Shown here one piece after another: positions 57,063 through 64,000 of a DNA stretch of 64,000 nt. The stretch spans positions 62,001 through 126,000 of the forward strand of contig JAUCBJ010008928.1 of assembly GCA_032718475.1 (NCBI GenBank), read 5' to 3'. Each line of letters starts with the position of its first letter. Positions within the stretch are counted from its first letter, which is position 1. This DNA comes from Nemertoderma westbladi (Eukaryota; Animalia; Xenacoelomorpha). The position numbers and the translations under genes are program-made. The notes below the pieces were generated by a model that did no database searches, had not been told where the DNA came from, and saw nothing but the letters and a program-made list of their open reading frames with translations.

Positions 57063-59150
57063 GCATCAGCGCAGAGGGAGCAACGCAACAGTTTCAACGA
57101 GCGGCGGCTTTAATTAAAGGGCTCCCCAGTGATAAGTCGTTAGGAGCCAGTAGTAATTATATATCGGTAATAACTATGGGATATAGCATATGAATGTTAG
57201 CCTTATTTGGGCCCTCAAGCTTATTAGCAATAGAGATATCTCGCTTGCCGGCCGGCCCTCATGCAGATTTAGCGGCGCCAAGGCTAACGGGGCACCTCAA
57301 AGACAGTCTGGCTATAGTAGAGTAGAATGGATATACGAGTCCATAGCTAAAATACATCTGCCATGGAGCCTTCGCGTAGCACTATGCTCACCAATTATAT
57401 TTATAATTCTCTATCCGCGAAATTTTCAGGAATTTTAAATTTTGGCCGTCGCTTCGCGGAAAAAATAAAAAGTAAACATAAAATAGGATATACAGATTGT
57501 CATAGATTCGATTCCCTATCTCGACCAGGGTCATTATGACCCTCCCCCCCGATATTTATACAACATTTTATAGCCCGGTAGTATTGGGGTTATTATGTGA
57601 CTCATGAAAATAAATCTTAAATACAATACAAATGCTCCATCTGGGTAAAAGTGGATGCAATGTATTTACAAATCGAGTGTGGATCAGGATAGTTTTCGTT
57701 AAGGTTTCACCTTGGTGAAGTGGAAGCATTGTATTCACATTTCGAGTACCATTTTTATTGAAACTATGGGGCATTTTATATTAGCCGATTTTTCAAAATT
57801 TGTAAAGTTTTGAGGGTTTTTATGAAAAATATAGGGATTTAGGGATTATCATTCAAATTGACTACGAAGAAGGCAATAGGGATCATTAATGGTGTGCTGA
57901 GGATATACAGATTGTCATAGATTCGTTTCCCTACCTCGACCAGGGTCATTATGACCCTCCCCCCCCCGATATTTATACAACATTTTATAGCCCGGTAGTA
58001 TTATGATTAAAGCTACTAAACTAAAACATAACAAAGTGCAATTATCCTATCTGTTCCAACTCGGTGTCACTAGTTTAGATAATATACTATAATAATAGTG
58101 ATAGCAGATGCTTTTAATTTCGCGATGAAATAATGTCAGCAAACGAAATATAGTGAATACATCATAGATAGAATTTTAAATTTTGCAGTCGCATGGAGTG
58201 ATAACCCTTAGGTGAAAGCTAAATTTGCTCTACTTTAATCAAATGGGGCATTAAAGCTACGAGTATATTTTCCTCTACATCCTCCCTCGATCTTACACAA
58301 ATCTGGGTAAAAGGCAGTTGAAGGGCTATCATTCCCAACTTATGCGGTCCTCCCTTTAATGTTTCATTGTTCTATTCATAGTCGCCTTTAAGAATTTCTC
58401 GGGAAAATAAGGATGAGGGGCTATCACTTTCAACCCCATGCGGCCCTCCCTTTCATGATTTCATTGAACTATCCATAGTACGAACAATCAAACCAAAGCC
58501 TTTGAATATCCTCGCGGCTTATCAGCGGCGCCATGGCTAACGGCTTAATATTAACAGTGAAGCATCTAAAAGACAGAGTGTCTATGATAGGGCAGAACAG
58601 CATACTTACAGCCTAGAGGTGGTCCCCACTGAAAACTTTGCTCGCCATCAATACATACAAAGCATCGCTTGATGGTTAGAGTAATAGGGTGGATATTTTC
58701 ATTTTGGTGAATATAATTTATAGCATTAATCACGAAAATCGCTAAATAATATATTTTAATTAAAATCAGCTCTGATAAACAACTTGCATATCGAGTTTGT
58801 AAAGAATTCATAGGGATTGGCTGTTTATTTAGGGGTTAACATTCAAATTGATTACGAAGAAGCAGTAGGGGTCATTAATGGTATGCTGAGACTCACTTAC
58901 TTCATGGCTCGCTCTCATAGAATAGATTAACTAGTAGAGAAAAATGAAAAATAAGTGGTTAAACATCTTATATTTTTTAAACAATATGGGGAAACAAGAA
59001 TAAATAATTTACCGACAACATCAATATTAAATAATATAACAACAACGGATAAATAATTTACCATCAACATTAATAATAAATAATATAAGAACATCAACAA
59101 TAACAAAAGATATAGTCAGAACAGTTTTTAATAAATAGAGACTGTTTATA

Positions 59151-60860
59151 TTAATAGGGTTGCTGGCCTCCGAGAATAACTGGTTTAACCCTTTTAGGGT
59201 CCGATACTATTAATGGTTGCGATAATTTTCTCTTTAATAGATTGTTGAGATAGCCTTTTCTTGGGGGGTGAAATAGATTAAGGTGTGTTTGCTGCGGGAG
59301 AAATATGCCTTCTCTGAGAGAACGTTTTAGTAATTCGAAAAGGCGCGCGATGGTAAAGTCGTTGGATAGGGTGATAGTGTTGGTATTTTTCGTATTGGTG
59401 AATATAATTTCTGTTGGTTTGTTCTCGATATGAATGTAAGGACTGAGATAGTAGTGAGAGTTGGGTGGGTTGGTTATATTTATCGTGAGAAAATCGCTGC
59501 CCCTAATATTGAGACCGTTGGTGAACTGAAAAGTGGTATTCTCTTCGTCTTTCATTAAAATGGGCCAGATACCGACATATTTTTCGGATTTGAACTTATA
59601 GATAAAGGCTGCGATACTGCTATTTATGAGATAGCGCTGGTGATTGGGGATCGTAATCTGCTTCGGTTTGAAAGCAAATTGTATAGCCATAGCCTTGAAT
59701 CTGATTAGAGCCTCGCGCGCTTGAATCGTGTTAGCTATAGTAAAGGATTCGTTAAATTTTCTCTCGGTTATCTGTAAATCAATTTCTGAATCACTGATAC
59801 AACTTTGTATCGATATTCGCTCGGAAATGTTGTCTTTGTATACGTTAAGTTCATCGTAGCAGACACATTCACTATCCTCGATGGTTGAATCGAACCATTT
59901 CAATTCGCCGACCTCGGTTGGTGTAAGAAGAATCATGCCCCTAGAAGAAACAATAGCCTTTCCATCGTCAACCTCGTAGCCATTGGTGATCGCTAAATTG
60001 CGCTCGTTCCGAATATTTGTAACAAACCCAAAAGTGCAATAGTCAAAAGCAACCCAATTGCCCGGTTTTAGGACAAGGTGAGTAGTAGGATTAATAAAAG
60101 GGCGACAGATGTTTACATATTGTTGAAATAAATTGGCGCAGGCGACGGAAAATGTGATCCATGAACTGTTTACCGTGTCTTCCAGCTTTATTAACTCGAG
60201 TGGTTTCACTGGGTTAATACTTCCATAGGTGCCAACTCTATAATTGAATCCAAAGTAATAGGAGACTTTATCGGCGAAAAAGCATGTGAGCTCATTCAAT
60301 TTCTCGCCGAAAGCGAGAACATCCTTATCGAAAAGTTTAAAGAAACGAGTCTCCTCTTCCTCGGTCGGAGTCGACGAGTTCCAGATGAGAAGAAGAATCG
60401 AGTTTGCGATACTATGAAAATCAAATAAGCGATCATCGGAGAAGAAGGAGGTTACGAGAGTGGTTAAACCCAGTAGACGATTTGCCACATCTTGGTTGAT
60501 GTTTTCTCGAATAAAATCGACTATACTAGTTGGAATCGTAAACGTCTCGGGCGAAGTAGTTAGATTGAACGTTATTTTGTTGTCCCTTTTTAAAAGTTTG
60601 AAACCGTGGTTGGAGGAATGAAGTTTATTATCGTCGAGGGTTTGATATTGTCCATCGTGAAGTTCGTAGCAGGCACGGAAAATAAAGTGCGCGTAGTTTG
60701 CCGGAATCGGGATGGGTTGGTTTAAGGTTGTATTTATCGTTAACGGGAAGAGTTTGTTCGCCGAATCGAAATATAGACCAAACGAGTTGTCTTGTAGCAT
60801 AAACTGATTTTCGTTGCAAACCAGATCGTTGCTTGAATAGCTGATTTCTGAATGTGCCAT
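59151..60860 (-). CDS. 569-aa Maverick cargo protein, possibly with divergent PC4/Sub1-like repeats
   Basis: Intact ORF. LAITNGYEVDDGKAIVSSRGMILLTPTEVGEL and YVGIWPILMKDEENTTFQFTNGLNI resemble the PC4 pattern VDIREYY..DG...P.KKGISLT. Basic C-terminal NLS-like patches (KRK, PKRVK). The ORF is solid but the fold call is tentative. Confidence 0.6.
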   Translation of the reverse strand: MAHSEISYSSNDLVCNENQFMLQDNSFGLYFDSANKLFPLTINTTLNQPIPIPANYAHFIFRACYELHDGQYQTLDDNKLHSSNHGFKLLKRDNKITFNLTTSPETFTIPTSIVDFIRENINQDVANRLLGLTTLVTSFFSDDRLFDFHSIANSILLLIWNSSTPTEEEETRFFKLFDKDVLAFGEKLNELTCFFADKVSYYFGFNYRVGTYGSINPVKPLELIKLEDTVNSSWITFSVACANLFQQYVNICRPFINPTTHLVLKPGNWVAFDYCTFGFVTNIRNERNLAITNGYEVDDGKAIVSSRGMILLTPTEVGELKWFDSTIEDSECVCYDELNVYKDNISERISIQSCISDSEIDLQITERKFNESFTIANTIQAREALIRFKAMAIQFAFKPKQITIPNHQRYLINSSIAAFIYKFKSEKYVGIWPILMKDEENTTFQFTNGLNIRGSDFLTINITNPPNSHYYLSPYIHIENKPTEIIFTNTKNTNTITLSNDFTIARLFELLKRSLREGIFLPQQTHLNLFHPPRKGYLNNLLKRKLSQPLIVSDPKRVKPVILGGQQPY

Positions 60861-60974
60861 TGTGATTGTGTACCGGTAACTCGTTTAGGAAATAAAAATA
60901 AATAAATACTTTTACGAAAATAATTAAAACTTTTCAGGAAAACAAAGAGACAATGATTGGGAATGTGGTGAACG

Positions 60975-61085
60975 GGGGCTATTATAGAGGGGGCTAGAAT
61001 GGGTTAGCCAATCGGGGAACAGGAGGGAGAAAAGACTGTATAATTAAACCAATCAGAGAGCAGCTTTGATGACGTCACATCAGGC
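60975..61085 (-). promoter_or_regulatory. putative promoter of the 569-aa gene
   Basis: CRE palindrome TGACGTCA (about 61070), two CCAATC boxes (about 61008 and 61049) and minus-strand TATAATA (about 60980-60986). Confidence 0.5.
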
Positions 61086-61217
61086 GAGATAATGATTGCC
61101 CAATGTTATTCAATGGTAGGCAGAGTGGCGCCATTGAATAACGAAGACAAAGGGGCCGCCGCGAGAGGAAAGATTATAAAGTTAACCATAAGGGATCTAT
61201 AAACCATAGAGCTAAAA

Positions 61218-61751
61218 ATAGACATTATGTCATAGTGATCTCATTGGTAATATAAAACTAATTAATCTAAAAATAGAAATCAATGTATAAAATAAAAGTA
61301 ATACAATTAATTAATTTAAAATAAAGTACAAATGAATAAATAAAGTAAAATAGAATACAATTAATTAATTAAAATTAAATATAAATAAATAGGTATTAAT
61401 GAATAAAAGAGCTGCGGTGTCACTTATGACACCCTCTTGAGCCGGCTCTGTGACAGTTAGACATCACTGATGACCCATTGTGTGTCAGGGCGCTAATCAG
61501 TCTGATTAATTAGGATAATCAATTAAACCCTAATTAGGAGTCATATGACACCTGTTAGGGTTTAATTGTACTAATTAATTGATGACATCTGTCAATTAGG
61601 GTCTAATTAGCCTAATTGGGAGGTGTCACCCAGACATTCTGGCGCCAATGACACCCAATGACACCCATAGGGTGATAATTGGGTGTCATATGACACCCAA
61701 TGGGTGTCAGTTAGGTCTAACTGTCACAGAGCCGGCCAAGACCCTACTACT
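61218..61751 (-). repeat. right TIR
   Basis: Reverse complement of 46116-46654. Confidence 0.97.
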
Positions 61752-62631
61752 CCCATAGTATTATAAAATATTGTTTGAAAGGAAACTGAAAGTAAAGGGG
61801 GTACAACGGATTAGCTACCCGCCCTGATACGATTAGTTAGTCCAGAGCAACGCTATAGAAAGCAGTGACAAGATGCTTGCGATTTTTGGACAAAGAATTA
61901 GCGGTTATTTACAGCTGCATGAATTTAGTAGCTAGTTAGAGCTACGTGAATCAAATAACTTTCGTTGATTGATATTTGTTAATGAAAAATTAACGGACGT
62001 TGAACCTATGTGAGTTCGACAAGTTGGATTAAATAAGATGAAATAGTTTGATGCATGGATATAATTAACCAGGCAATTGTTTGTGTGGAAATTAATTTGT
62101 GTTTGAGTCGATGGAAATTCATTTCTGGAAAATATTTGCGGATATAGGACAAAAACTAAATAACACATTGACTATTTGGCGACTAGAGTTTACAATGTGT
62201 AAACAGCTGACAAATTGAATAAAGGGATTGAACATGACATAGAAATTGGATGGACCGGATGACTGTTTGTAAATACAGCTGGTGTATCTGTAACAATAAG
62301 TTAACGGCTTATTGCTATAGCAATGCCTAAATAATAGAATGATACAGAAACACAATGACTAACAGATGAATAGTATGACTCAATAAATTTGAGAGGACGG
62401 AATATAACTTGTAACCAAGGACATATAATATATTGAATTATCTGGAATATTACTTGATTAGAATAAACTTTATTGTTTATATTTAGGCCCTAGGATAGAT
62501 TATTATTTAGCTATATTATATTATATTAGGAATTAACTTGCATTATTTATTATATTTACAGCGCGACCCTATTTAGTGGTCAGATTTGCAAGTGACTTAT
62601 TGAGCCATTATAGTGGCATTATTGGATCACA

Positions 62632-64000
62632 ATGGGAGATATACCAAAGACAATAACTACTGTGAAGCAAGGAGAAGTCGCATCCTTACAGAGGAAGTAT
62701 TGGGAAGCGCATAGAGCCACAGTTACTACGACCTACGGGATGCAGGAGTTAAAGAAGTTGGTTAAAACGAAGTTTCATGATCACACTAAGCGGTTACGAA
62801 AGGAAACAGTTAAGAATCCGACAGGTAAAAACAGTGGGTTTCTTTTAAGAAACGAGTAAAGGAAACAGGAATCGTGCTTATGGACACGGAAGGAGATGTG
62901 GGGCAGACGAGGTACCTACATATCTCAAACATAGAAGGCGATGTCTATGTTTTCGACGTCATGCAGGATGGACAGGACGACGAGACGAAGGAGATCGATA
63001 GGTTATAGGTTACCCGAGGAGGTACGGCACCTATTGCTCGATAAGACAAACATCTTATATGGTTCAGACATAACAAAGGATATACGTGAAACGATAAGCG
63101 GCTACCAAGGGGCAACGTTGGATTGACAGGTGCTTTGTCTAGCATCTATGGAGTCGCAAGGAATGCTGCAGAGAGCAGGGATGATCGCACATGATCAACG
63201 AACATCAACGGGTAATATTGCAGTGATATTGGGACAACACGATCACAAACCGATCCCATGGAGCAAGTACAAGAAACGATATCCTAACACAACTTTAACA
63301 GAGGAGGACTTTGTTAACAAACGACCAAAACCATGGAACAAATGACGCTGGCAACAGGGAGTGTTGACAGATATAAAGAAGGAATACATTATCCAGGAGG
63401 ATATGACGCTGATGTCATTTCTCTGTCTATTTATGGCATATATTATCGGGGAGCATCCGGATAAATTCAAGAAAGGACAGAAGGATTCTTTGTCGATGAG
63501 GGACGCCGTTATAGTGGCGACGCGACCTTTATGGGGTACGGGAAGTGGGAACGTTATATCCTACGAAGCGAATGAGTTACACTTCGACGAGTTGACGACT
63601 CAGGAGTTGAAGAATCCCACCAACAGGGAAGTGGTATGCCTCAGCTACGTGACGAGGAGCATGGGTACGTCGAGCGTACGATAGGAGATGACGTTAGAGG
63701 ATTTCGAGATCATGGATAGCGATAAGGACAAACTGAGGCAACGGAAATTACCAATTATGACAAAGCAACAACGGTACAGACATAACAAACGACAGGTGAA
63801 AGGAACGGTCGAGAGGCCAGAAGTTGGACGACCACCGGAGGTCAGTCCGTTAAGGGAAATAATGAGGAGGAAGCGGATGTATACGGAATACGAGGTAACG
63901 CGCCAACCGGCGGAGGTTAACCCGAGACGGGTAGCGGTATCGGAATGTTTACGAGGAATCAGATATGAGGCAATGCGGGAATCATCCGAACGGATCCAAA
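62632..64000 (+). pseudogene. disrupted ORF containing a DEDDy 3'-5' exonuclease domain (WRN-exo/EXD/MUT-7-like)
   Basis: Reconstructed sequence IVLMDTEG...YLHISNIEGDVYVFDV...LPEEVRHLLLDKTNILYGSDITKD...W.RWQQGVLTDIKKEYIIQED. It has frameshifts (including a 7-bp ATAGGTT duplication at about 63000) and stops. Confidence 0.65.

Larger units (their letters stand above)
46116..61751. mobile_element. Maverick/Polinton-type element, 15.6 kb, with no recognisable integrase or virion genes
   Basis: AGTAGT...ACTACT termini, TIRs of about 535 bp, a 6-bp TSD CCCATA (46110-46115 and 61752-61757) and a protein-primed PolB. Confidence 0.95.

Overview
This is AT-rich animal genomic DNA, probably invertebrate, made almost entirely of nested mobile elements. 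(1) There are four BEL/Pao LTR retrotransposons. A (1-7786, -) has a gag-protease frame with two in-frame stops. B (-) keeps only RNase H/integrase and has scrambled LTR pieces. C (16491-28536, +) is full length, with 1.1-kb LTRs, a CCAGC TSD, an intact Gag-protease ORF, no RT and an orphan 3' ORF, and it is inserted inside an LTR of the B family. D (42219-45890, +) is degenerate. (2) There are RTE and CRE non-LTR fragments, a Gypsy integrase fragment with a 6x50-bp amplification, and several MITEs. (3) There is one likely host gene: a two-exon secreted three-finger (Ly6/LU) protein with a 38-bp minisatellite in its intron. (4) A 15.6-kb Maverick/Polinton-type element (46116-61751) has about 535-bp TIRs and a 6-bp CCCATA TSD. 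It encodes an intact protein-primed PolB, a TBP-like protein, a possible PC4-like repeat protein, an acidic ORF and a partial RT, and it carries a Pol III B-box array, but shows no recognisable integrase, capsid, ATPase or adenain protease. (5) A broken DEDDy 3'-5' exonuclease ORF lies at the right end. The two strongest leads are covarying LTR/PBS complementarity suggesting tRNA-independent self-priming in the B/C BEL/Pao family, and the stripped-down Maverick with transcription-machinery cargo. All protein calls come from motif recognition by eye; no database search was run.
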